Of a stretch of 32,000 nt of DNA, positions 24,119 to 32,000 are shown piece by piece. Below the pieces are notes generated by a model. It worked only from the letters and a program-made list of their open reading frames with translations. It had not been told where the DNA came from and did not search any database. Origin of the DNA: Telmatocola sphagniphila. GTDB taxonomy: Bacteria; Planctomycetota; Planctomycetia; Gemmatales; Gemmataceae. How positions within the stretch are numbered: the first letter of the stretch is position 1; each line of letters starts with the position of its first letter. The DNA is taken from contig NZ_CP074694.1 in NCBI RefSeq assembly GCF_018398935.1, forward strand, positions 3,210,001 to 3,242,000. The letters are read 5' to 3'. A program made the translations under genes and the position numbers.

Positions 24119-26614
24119 ATGCCAAACGACGTTCGCTACAGACGATCTTTCGGAACCCGGTTGCGTTTTCTCTTGCGACTGCTGGGCTGCACCGGATTGT
24201 TCGCGGCCGGGGTCGGCGCTGCGCTTTACAGCTCCGAAGAAATGTCTTGGACCATCGGTACCCTGACCGACGCCGGGCATAACAAGCTCGGCCAAATGGC
24301 CTTGATCGCCAGTAGTTTAATGGCTTTCGGCGCCCTTTCGGTCGTGCTGATGTTGCTGGTCGAACTTCTGGCCGGATTGGGCAAAGCCACCGGCCGCCGC
24401 AGTTTCGTCGGCATCAATGCCGGGCTGCAAATCGTCCTGGCCATCGGTATTCTGGGCGCGGTGAATGTCTATTCCTTCACCTACCCCAAACGTTGGGATC
24501 TCACCAAAGATCAGCAGTTTACACTCCCGGACCAGGTGGTGGAGGAACTCAAAAAATTGCAGGGTGAGACTCAGATTGTCGTGCTGCAACAGCATAAAAC
24601 TTTTGGACAGCTGGCTTCCAAGCCGGATGCTTCCGACTACGCCGCGGAACGAAAAGTGGTCGAGAAAGTTCGCGATCTGGTCGATCAGTTCCAGAGCGTT
24701 GGACCGCAGTTCAAGGTGAGCGTGCTGGATGTCGAGGAAGAAGGCTACGATCAGAAGTTCGAAGCACTGACTAAAGATCGGCCAGCACTGAAAGAGGCCA
24801 TCAAATCGGCCCCCGAGAACAGCATCTTCTTCGCGGCCGAAGGCAAAGTTCAACGGCTGAGCTTCAATGAATTCTATCAGCTCGACAAATCGGCTTCGAA
24901 ATCCGCTAACGACCACAAAGGCAATCTGGTACTTCGTCCTCAAGGGTTAGCCCCGTTCACAAGCCGGATCACTTCGATCCAGGAACGCAAACCGCGCGTC
25001 GGCCTGGCGGTGATTCACCAGGTACTCACTTCCCGGGAAGGGGAAGGCTTCGATGAAGCCTACAGTTCCGCCGGGCTGCGAAAATGTCTGGAATCGTATG
25101 GTTTTGAAGTCACCGACATTATTCTCAAGAAGTGGGGCGAAGGCCCACCGCAACCGGGCGCGTACAACTACGACGAAACCGAGTTGGAACGGCTCGAGGG
25201 CGAACTGGAAATCGCCGAGACGGAAGTTCGCGAAATCCTCGAAGAGCAAGGCGAACTGAAAGAGTTGAAAAAGATCTTCGAAATGCCCAATCTGGAAGAT
25301 GTCAAATCGGCCCTTGTGAAGAAATTTGGCGCCCGGGTCCGAGGTGAATTGAGCGAGAAGGGTCGAAAAGAAAATTTGGCCAGCTTTACCGAAACGCTGG
25401 ATGCCTACGGCAAACGGCTCGAAGAAAAGAAGCAGGAACGGGATAAGAAACTCCAGGAAGTCAACGCACTCCTGGGCCGGGAACGAGCGTTTGAGGATCG
25501 CCGGGTCAGCGATGTGAAAACCAAGTTCGCCCGCATGATCGCTGACTGCGACCTGCTGATCCTCCCGCGTATGACCATCATGAACCCGGCCTCCGATAGC
25601 GCGGGAATTCCTGCCCGAATTTACAATTTGTCCAAAGAGCAGATCGAGGTCATCAAGGATTTCATGAAGGCCGGCAAACCGGTGCTGGCACTGATGGGGC
25701 CACTCAATGGCCCGAACAATCAGCCGCCGTCCGAGCCGGATGATTTCGAAAAACTTCTCGTCGACCGCGGCGTTGAACTCGGTCGGCAAACCATTCTCTT
25801 CGATGCCGACAGTAAAGCGTTCGCCAGCCGTATGACCGGGGAACAATTCGGGAATAAGCCGCTGGAAATTCCCATGGTGACCTTTAAATCGGGCAAGAAG
25901 AAAAATCCGCTGGCCGAAGCGATGCGCATCACCGGCCAGAGCGTCGATCAGGCTCTGGATATCCGACTGCGAGCCCCGCGACCGATCTACATTCTGCCGG
26001 GATACGAAGATCAGCAGAATTTCTCGGCGGAGTTTCTCTACACTTCCGCCGATAGCTGGAATGAGGAAAAGCCGATTGCCGGGGCGATGCAGCAGAATGG
26101 CCGCATGATGTTTTATCGACCTCGATACGAAGCGACTAAATTCAACGATCCCAAAAAAGATACGCACGACGAAGAACGCCGGGGGCCTTTCCCCATTGGT
26201 GTCGCCATCGAATCCAAGATCCCCGTGGAATGGGTGGATAGCAGTTATTGGCAGGGCAAAGCGATTTCCGGTTTGCTGGGCGGAGCCGATCAAGGCATTA
26301 TGGCCGCCGGCCTGACCGCTGCCGCCAGCCAGCTGAAACGTCCCACGGAGCGTCTGGTCGTTATCGGCCAAGGGGGCGTGTTCGTGAAACCGGAACTCGG
26401 GCCGGCTAAGGAAAAATTCCTGCTGCATACCTGCAACTGGCTACTCGGTCGCGAAGATCGCCTTCCCCAGACGGATGAAAAGACATGGGAATATCCTCGC
26501 GTTCAACTGACCGATAAACAAAAAAACCTCTGGTACCTAGGTACTTTCTTCGGTTTGCCGGCGCTGTTTGCCTACTTCGGCATCATCGTCTGGTTGATCC
26601 GCAATGTACGCTAA
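24119..26614 (+). CDS. GldG-like ABC-transporter auxiliary protein with N- and C-terminal TM anchors and a coiled-coil insert
   Basis: N-terminal TM segments and a C-terminal TM (LGTFFGLPALFAYFGIIVWLI) are present. Its position directly after the ABC-2 permease matches the gldF-gldG arrangement. A charged heptad-like region spans 25163-25530. Confidence 0.7.
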   Translation: MPNDVRYRRSFGTRLRFLLRLLGCTGLFAAGVGAALYSSEEMSWTIGTLTDAGHNKLGQMALIASSLMAFGALSVVLMLLVELLAGLGKATGRRSFVGINAGLQIVLAIGILGAVNVYSFTYPKRWDLTKDQQFTLPDQVVEELKKLQGETQIVVLQQHKTFGQLASKPDASDYAAERKVVEKVRDLVDQFQSVGPQFKVSVLDVEEEGYDQKFEALTKDRPALKEAIKSAPENSIFFAAEGKVQRLSFNEFYQLDKSASKSANDHKGNLVLRPQGLAPFTSRITSIQERKPRVGLAVIHQVLTSREGEGFDEAYSSAGLRKCLESYGFEVTDIILKKWGEGPPQPGAYNYDETELERLEGELEIAETEVREILEEQGELKELKKIFEMPNLEDVKSALVKKFGARVRGELSEKGRKENLASFTETLDAYGKRLEEKKQERDKKLQEVNALLGRERAFEDRRVSDVKTKFARMIADCDLLILPRMTIMNPASDSAGIPARIYNLSKEQIEVIKDFMKAGKPVLALMGPLNGPNNQPPSEPDDFEKLLVDRGVELGRQTILFDADSKAFASRMTGEQFGNKPLEIPMVTFKSGKKKNPLAEAMRITGQSVDQALDIRLRAPRPIYILPGYEDQQNFSAEFLYTSADSWNEEKPIAGAMQQNGRMMFYRPRYEATKFNDPKKDTHDEERRGPFPIGVAIESKIPVEWVDSSYWQGKAISGLLGGADQGIMAAGLTAAASQLKRPTERLVVIGQGGVFVKPELGPAKEKFLLHTCNWLLGREDRLPQTDEKTWEYPRVQLTDKQKNLWYLGTFFGLPALFAYFGIIVWLIRNVR

Positions 26615-26641
26615 ACGGCATAACTTCAAGATCTCACAACC

Positions 26642-29600
26642 ATGAACCTTCGAACGACTTTATTACTTCTGATACTCGCGGGTGGTTGCGTCGGCCTTTT
26701 CTATAAAGGCCCGGAGGTAGCGACGAAGCTGGGCTTGCCCACCCTCGAACCGGCTATCCCCGCGGAATCGGCGCAACTCCTGACGCAGATCCGTCCGGAT
26801 AACATCAAACGCATCGAAATCGCTACTGCCAAAGATACTTTGGAGCTGAAAGCGGATGCACCGGGTAAACCTCTGGAGATGACGGGCAACTGGCCGACCC
26901 GCCAGTCCGAAGTCGAACAATTGAAGTCGCTTCTGACCTCGCTGTACACCCGCTTTGCACCGATTCCGATTACCGGGGAATCGAAGCTGGAAGAATATGG
27001 GCTGGGCAAATCCAACCAGCCCGTGACTGTGAAAATTGAATCTTCCGGGGCAACTGAGACCTTGGTTTTTGGACAACCCGAAGTAAAGCCGGGCGAGAAT
27101 CCCTTTACCCGCCCAACTTATCTGCGCGTAGATAACAAGCCGGAACTGCTGCGACTGGGGCCGGACGTCATGCCCGTTCTCAACCGCAAACCCGACTATT
27201 ATCGGCGTCGTCAGTTGTTCCCGGATACCGAGCGGATTCGTTTCGATGAAGGCAACGGGGAATCTTCTACTTCGATTCCGGTTCTGACCGATGCCGTCCA
27301 GGAAATTGTAGTCAACGGACCGGCGGGCCGTTACGCCCTCAGCCGGACGCAACCCACCCCCAAACCGGCACCTCCGGAAGGCAAGCCCGGGGCCGATGCC
27401 ACACTGGCCGCGACCAAACTGGCCGATGCCTGGGAGATCAGTCAGCCACTCGTTGACCGCGTCGATCCCACCAAACTGAAAAATATCCTGACCACGATTC
27501 CCGATATTTGGGTCGAGCAATTCATCGAAGAAAAGGATTCGACCAAGACCGGCCTGGAGGAGAAGGATAAGCCGCTGGAGTTGACTTTGAAGCTGACCAA
27601 TGGCGGCAACCGCACCTTGCTGATAGGCAGAATCACTCGAGTGAATACTCGTACCGAAGCGGCTCCGCCGCCGCAGCCGGGCATGCCCCCGCAACCTCCG
27701 AAAATCATCGAAGAGAAGTTTTACCACGCCCGGTTGGCGAACAATCCGCAGCTTTTTGAAATCAAAGGCGACAAGCTGGCGGAGGTGTTCTTCAACGACT
27801 CTCCGCCAATGCCGCAGAACCCCGAAGAGATTGCCAGCGGTCCGAAACGAGCTCTCGACGAACTTCGCGATGCCAATCTCGTGCGCCTGGACGCCGATCG
27901 AGTGACCAAGATTCAGATTAATCGCCCCGATCAATCCCGTCTGGTGCTGGATAAGACCAAAGCCGATGGTAAAGACGCCACCAAGAAAGATCGCTGGGAT
28001 CTCGAACAACCTTTCAAGGGACTGGCGGAGAACCAGCCGGTCGAGGACCTGATTCGTCCCCTGGTGGGGCTGAAATCGGGCAAAAAGGAAATCCTCGACC
28101 GCCCGACCTACCAGATACTGCTGGGCGGCTTCGCGTTCGCCGATCTGCAGACACTCCATCTCGATCTTAACTCGGCCACCGAAGTTCGGCTGACTGCGGA
28201 TGGAAAAACCAAGACCTTATACATCGGCCGGCACGATCCGTTGAAGAAAAAAGTTTATGTGCGGGTCGAAGGCCAGGAACGCATCGATGTGGTGGGCGAC
28301 GATTTCCTGACCGCGATGAACAAACAGGCCCGCGCCTATCGCTCCCTGAAGCTGTTCGATCTGGGTGATAACCGGATCGATGCCATTACCGCGCAGCGCG
28401 GTGCTGTCGAAAAATTCGCCTTGCAGGAAATTCCAGGAGCGACCACCAAATGGCAACTTCTGGAGCCGGTGAAGACCGAAGCCGACACGAGTAAAGCCAG
28501 TTCCGCCATCTCGAATCTGGCGAATCTGGAAGCCACGGAATTCGTCTTCGATCCCCTCACGGAAAAAGAGAAGTCTCTTTACGGCAGCCTTCTCGGAGCT
28601 TCGGGACTGGCCGTACTCAACGGCGGCGATGGCTTCGGTTTTGGCCAGCCGACTCTCCAGGTAAAAGTCCATTTCGCCGGTCCGAAACCGCCCACTGAGC
28701 AGACTCTGCAAGTGGGCAATGCTCGCGCCGATAAGCCGGAACAGTACTATGCCCGGTTAGCCGGCTCGCCGACGGTCTTTTCCATCAATAAGAGTGCCAT
28801 CGAAAGCCTCAATCTCGGGTCGGTAAACTTCCTCTCCACTCAGCTTTGGGCCGGAGCGAATCCGACTAAGATTACCATTCAGAAGGGTACCGAACAGCCC
28901 TACACGCTGGTCAAAAATGAATTGACCTGGAAGATCACTTCTCCGTTCGAAAGCGGTATCGACATCGGTAGCGTCGCTCCGCTGCTCGGCAGCTTGTCCA
29001 GCGTCTCGGTGGTGAAGTATGAAGCCCATAACACCACCGACCTCAAGAAATATGGTCTGGATGCCCCCACCCTGAAAATTACTTTCCAGGCTACGGAAAA
29101 AGGACCACAACCCGATGCCAAGGAAGTGACCCAGGAACGCACACTTTTGATCGGCAACGCCGATGGCCCGGCCAAAGAACCCGCCAAGCCGAACTACTTC
29201 GCCAAACTGGCAGATAAACCGGCGATTTTCGTCGTGCCCGACATTCTGTTCGCCGATGCCAACAAGTCGGCTTTCGATCTGCTTTCCAAGAATCTGCTCA
29301 ATATTCCGCTCAACGAAGTGAACAAGATTCAGACAAATATCGGCAGCGAAGCCGTCACTTTGATTAAGTCGGGAGCCGAATGGAAACCGGAGGGAGCGAC
29401 TTTCGCCCTGGATAGACCGGCCATCGAAGGTCTGCTTCGAACGGCCGCGAATTTGTCTGCGGAAAAGTTCGTCGCGTTCGGTCCCAAAGTCGAATTCGCC
29501 AAATACGGGCTCGATGACGCCAGCAAACCGGCAAAAATCACAATCGGCTCCAGCGACAAATCGCACGTCATTCTTCTGGGCAAAGAAACCGAAAACAAGC

Positions 29601-30928
29601 TAGGACGCTTCGTTCGAATCGATACCAGCCCCGGTGTCGCGGTGGTCCCCATCCCCACAGCCTCCGAATTGAATAAAACCAAACTCGACTTCGTCGACAA
29701 GTCGCTCATCCGGTTCGATCCGCTGGAGTTGCAGGCCATCCACCGAACGATGAATGGCAAAGAACTGGAACTCGTCAGCGATACCCGGGGTTGGAAGATA
29801 GCCGCTCCCACCAAAGAAAAGGCCGACCAACCGACTCTGGAAGAATTGGCGGATCGCTTAACCAACCTGCGAGCCATCCGCTGTGCGGCGCTGGATGTGA
29901 AGGATTTCGTGCCCTTCGGTCTGGATAAACCGGCCTCCGTGGTGACGCTGGATCGACTCGACGCCAAGGGCAAAGAGTCGAAATACACTCTGAAAATCGG
30001 CAAGCCCGTCAATGATAAATCGCCCGATCGATTCGTAGCACTGGACGGTTCCTCAACGGTACTAGTTCTGGCCGGGAGCACGGCTACGAAACTCCTTGCC
30101 GAACCGGTAGCCTTCCGGGATCGCACGCTGGCAACCTTCCTGAATGCTGACAAGATTGTCGTTCAGACTCCGCAGAATACCCGCACCTTCACCAAGGGGG
30201 ACACCGGTTGGAAAGTGACCGAACCAGTGAAGGCAGATGCCGATGATGAATCGCTTCGAGAACTGCACGACATTCTGGCCAAACTGCGGGCCGATGAATT
30301 TGTGGCGGAAAAAGCTGCCAAGCTCGAAGATTATGGTCTCGATAAACCGACTCACTGGAAACTTTCCGCAAGCGGCAAAGAAGTTCTGGATCTGCTGGTC
30401 GGTAAGAAGGAGTCGGGGCCGGGCCAACGCGTCTACGCCAAACTGGCGAACGACGACCGCATCGCCCTGCTCGATTCGGCAACCAGTACAAAACTGACTC
30501 AGGAATATCGCAAGCGAACACTCTGGGAAACTTTGGACGTGGCTCAGGCCAATTCGATTTCGGTCGACTTCAAAGATGATAAAGGAAGTTACCGGTTCAT
30601 GAAGGGACCAGCCGGCTGGCTCGACGCCAACAAGCCGGCAGATCCGATCAAAGCCGAAACGGTAACCGATTTCCTCGATTGTATGGCCGGCTTGAAAGCG
30701 GAAAAGTTCGTCACCGACAAGGAAGGCGACTACAAACTCTATGGCCTCAAACCGGCCGAACGAGTAATCACGGTGGCTACCCCGGCTGGGAAGCGAACTC
30801 TGGAAATCGGCCGGGTCGATGACTCCAAACGGGCCTACGCCAAGCTCCCGGACAAGCCGGAAATTTTGTTGCTGAGCGAGAAGGATACTCAGCGATTGCT
30901 GAAAGACCGGGCGGGTTTCGCTAAATAG
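26642..30928 (+). CDS. Giant DUF4340-like protein (1428 aa, about nine tandem modules), N-terminally anchored
   Basis: N-terminal TM/signal MNLRTTLLLLILAGGCVGLF. A recurring module has W(K/E/Q)(I/L/V)..P...(A)D......L...L..L.A..FV......yGLD.P...(I/V)t(I/L/F), followed by ..L.IG......yAKL...P.(I/V)F.(I/V). The gene is the last in the ABC operon, with a 27-nt gap. Confidence 0.75.
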   Translation: MNLRTTLLLLILAGGCVGLFYKGPEVATKLGLPTLEPAIPAESAQLLTQIRPDNIKRIEIATAKDTLELKADAPGKPLEMTGNWPTRQSEVEQLKSLLTSLYTRFAPIPITGESKLEEYGLGKSNQPVTVKIESSGATETLVFGQPEVKPGENPFTRPTYLRVDNKPELLRLGPDVMPVLNRKPDYYRRRQLFPDTERIRFDEGNGESSTSIPVLTDAVQEIVVNGPAGRYALSRTQPTPKPAPPEGKPGADATLAATKLADAWEISQPLVDRVDPTKLKNILTTIPDIWVEQFIEEKDSTKTGLEEKDKPLELTLKLTNGGNRTLLIGRITRVNTRTEAAPPPQPGMPPQPPKIIEEKFYHARLANNPQLFEIKGDKLAEVFFNDSPPMPQNPEEIASGPKRALDELRDANLVRLDADRVTKIQINRPDQSRLVLDKTKADGKDATKKDRWDLEQPFKGLAENQPVEDLIRPLVGLKSGKKEILDRPTYQILLGGFAFADLQTLHLDLNSATEVRLTADGKTKTLYIGRHDPLKKKVYVRVEGQERIDVVGDDFLTAMNKQARAYRSLKLFDLGDNRIDAITAQRGAVEKFALQEIPGATTKWQLLEPVKTEADTSKASSAISNLANLEATEFVFDPLTEKEKSLYGSLLGASGLAVLNGGDGFGFGQPTLQVKVHFAGPKPPTEQTLQVGNARADKPEQYYARLAGSPTVFSINKSAIESLNLGSVNFLSTQLWAGANPTKITIQKGTEQPYTLVKNELTWKITSPFESGIDIGSVAPLLGSLSSVSVVKYEAHNTTDLKKYGLDAPTLKITFQATEKGPQPDAKEVTQERTLLIGNADGPAKEPAKPNYFAKLADKPAIFVVPDILFADANKSAFDLLSKNLLNIPLNEVNKIQTNIGSEAVTLIKSGAEWKPEGATFALDRPAIEGLLRTAANLSAEKFVAFGPKVEFAKYGLDDASKPAKITIGSSDKSHVILLGKETENKLGRFVRIDTSPGVAVVPIPTASELNKTKLDFVDKSLIRFDPLELQAIHRTMNGKELELVSDTRGWKIAAPTKEKADQPTLEELADRLTNLRAIRCAALDVKDFVPFGLDKPASVVTLDRLDAKGKESKYTLKIGKPVNDKSPDRFVALDGSSTVLVLAGSTATKLLAEPVAFRDRTLATFLNADKIVVQTPQNTRTFTKGDTGWKVTEPVKADADDESLRELHDILAKLRADEFVAEKAAKLEDYGLDKPTHWKLSASGKEVLDLLVGKKESGPGQRVYAKLANDDRIALLDSATSTKLTQEYRKRTLWETLDVAQANSISVDFKDDKGSYRFMKGPAGWLDANKPADPIKAETVTDFLDCMAGLKAEKFVTDKEGDYKLYGLKPAERVITVATPAGKRTLEIGRVDDSKRAYAKLPDKPEILLLSEKDTQRLLKDRAGFAK

Positions 30929-31406
30929 ACCAGGTAATTTCGCACTTCACCGAATTGGCGATGTAACACTCTTCGTGCGAGTGGTGATGCAGATTTTCGA
31001 TCTCTTCACCACTGGGAAGTTTATCACCCGAAAAAACAATTTTCGGATGCAGCATCACGCGGGTGATGCCCATCCGACCCTCTTGAATTGTTTCCAGTAC
31101 TCCCATGGCCTCATCTACATACGAATCGACTCGGAACCCCTTTTTGGCCGCAAGATAAAGAAACGTGAGCATGTGGCAGGAACTCACCGCGGCCACAAAC
31201 GCCTCTTCCGGATCGACCGCACTGGGATCGGAGAAGGGTAATCTCACTGCGTGAGGGGAAGAAGAGGCTCGTAGTTGGATGCCGCCATCGAAAGCCCATT
31301 CGTGAACCCGAGAATACTGATTGTCGGTGAATTTCTGATCTGAGCGAGACCAGCGCACCACGGCCGTGTGATTCGACATATGTTTCGCCCCTATAGTTTT
31401 CGCCAT
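30921..31406 (-). CDS. OsmC/Ohr-family protein (peroxiredoxin-like)
   Basis: About 150-160 aa with the two conserved Cys contexts AAVSSCHMLTFLYLAAKKG and HEECYIANSV. An alternative start is ATG at 31379 (MSNHTAVVRW). The 3' end overlaps the DUF4340 gene by 8 nt (convergent). Confidence 0.75.
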   Translation of the reverse strand: MAKTIGAKHMSNHTAVVRWSRSDQKFTDNQYSRVHEWAFDGGIQLRASSSPHAVRLPFSDPSAVDPEEAFVAAVSSCHMLTFLYLAAKKGFRVDSYVDEAMGVLETIQEGRMGITRVMLHPKIVFSGDKLPSGEEIENLHHHSHEECYIANSVKCEITWSI

Positions 31407-31602
31407 CGTATTAAACTACCCAGTTTTACAATGAAAATTTGCTCAGATTTCGTCGGAAGTTGCACTTTCATCAATTTTCCACCTATGGTAATTTTACATC
31501 CGGTGAATGGTATCACCTGGTCCTCTGGCGAATGGAATCGTCATCGTGCTTCCCATCGAATCTCTATCTAACTCTTTATATTCCAACGGCGTAGCCCGTT
31601 TC

Positions 31603-32000
31603 ATGGCCCATTTCGCTAAGCTGTTCCCCGACATTCATATGAAGGACCTAACGGTCGATGTAGCGGGACCTGGGCGAGAAGTCACCATCGATGGTCACAA
31701 AGTGATCAACTTCGGCTGCGATTCGTTTCTCGGACTCGATCGCGATCCACGAGTCTGGGACAGCCTCAAAAAAGGCATCGACCGCTGGGGCTCGCATAAT
31801 GGCGCTTCCCGCATGTTCAACAGCGTCCGCTCGAACGTGGATGCGGAAAACAAGATCGCCGAATGGCTGGGAACCGAAGCCAGCGTCATCTATCCTTCGG
31901 TCACTCTGGCCAACGCCGGCGTCATCCCGGGGCTAGTAACCAAGGGCGATGTCATTGTGTGCGATGAATTCGCGCACAATTCCATTCAGGAAGGCATCAA
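31603..32000 (+). CDS. PLP-dependent alpha-oxoamine synthase family enzyme (BioF/KBL/SPT-like), 3'-truncated by window edge
   Basis: This ORF is absent from the ORF track because it runs off the window. My own translation from ATG 31603 is MAHFAKLFPDIHMKDLTVDVAGPGREVTIDGHKVINFGCDSFLGLDRDPRVWDSLKKGIDRWGSHNGASRMFNSVRSNVDAENKIAEWLGTEASVIYPSVTLANAGVIPGLVTKGDVIVCDEFAHNSIQEGI. The pattern (I.F..n.YLGL......g...G.gs.gsR...G.......lE..la.f.g.e.a......g..aN) fits the family. The specific member cannot be told from 132 aa. Confidence 0.7.
   Translation, partial: MAHFAKLFPDIHMKDLTVDVAGPGREVTIDGHKVINFGCDSFLGLDRDPRVWDSLKKGIDRWGSHNGASRMFNSVRSNVDAENKIAEWLGTEASVIYPSVTLANAGVIPGLVTKGDVIVCDEFAHNSIQEGI

Noticed and set aside
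24947-28159. Two long antisense ORFs (24947..26428, 493 aa; 26663..28159, 498 aa) opposite the GldG-like and DUF4340 genes
   Set aside because: The reason is the same: they mirror strongly supported + strand genes, have Arg/Phe/Gly/Leu-rich low-complexity translations, and show no signal, TM or motif content.
1-32000. CRISPR arrays, rRNA or tRNA genes
   Set aside because: No regularly spaced direct repeats or cloverleaf-like conserved segments were noticed in any intergenic region. This was a visual scan only; tRNAscan-SE or Infernal would be decisive.

Overview
The window looks like chromosomal DNA from a Planctomycetota bacterium. This rests on recognised families: a PSCyt/DUF1592-type protein paired with a Tat-signal DUF1552 protein, a PVC-type heme-binding dehydrogenase-like giant, a GldA/F/G-like ABC operon with a DUF4340 protein, and Sel1 and HEAT repeat proteins. 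I call 19 intact CDS (2 cut by the window edges), 1 multiply disrupted pseudogene, and a few hairpins. I recognised no rRNA, tRNA, CRISPR array, transposase or integrase. Most of the window is ordinary planctomycete core or accessory content: tatC, a cobA-hemD fusion, an SPFH/zinc-ribbon pair, and OsmC. The stand-out is an AT-rich block of about 3.4 kb at roughly 15.1-18.6 kb. Hand counts on sample 60-nt lines give about 32-48% GC inside it and about 53-65% in the flanks. It lies directly after a decayed Uma2-family gene. It encodes three co-oriented genes: (i) a 111-aa secreted mini-protein with six Cys; (ii) a 669-aa polytopic protein joining an unknown N-terminal domain, a C39-like papain-fold peptidase domain and a rhodanese domain; (iii) a MauE/DoxX-like membrane protein starting 5 nt after gene ii. 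I propose this as a candidate, apparently undescribed, envelope peptide-maturation or thiol-redox module. Secondary points are a 1428-aa protein built of about nine tandem DUF4340-like modules in the ABC operon, a GldG-like protein with a coiled-coil insert, a TatC with a greatly expanded first loop, and an SPFH-GYF plus double-zinc-ribbon pair. All family assignments come from motif recognition by eye. No searches were run.
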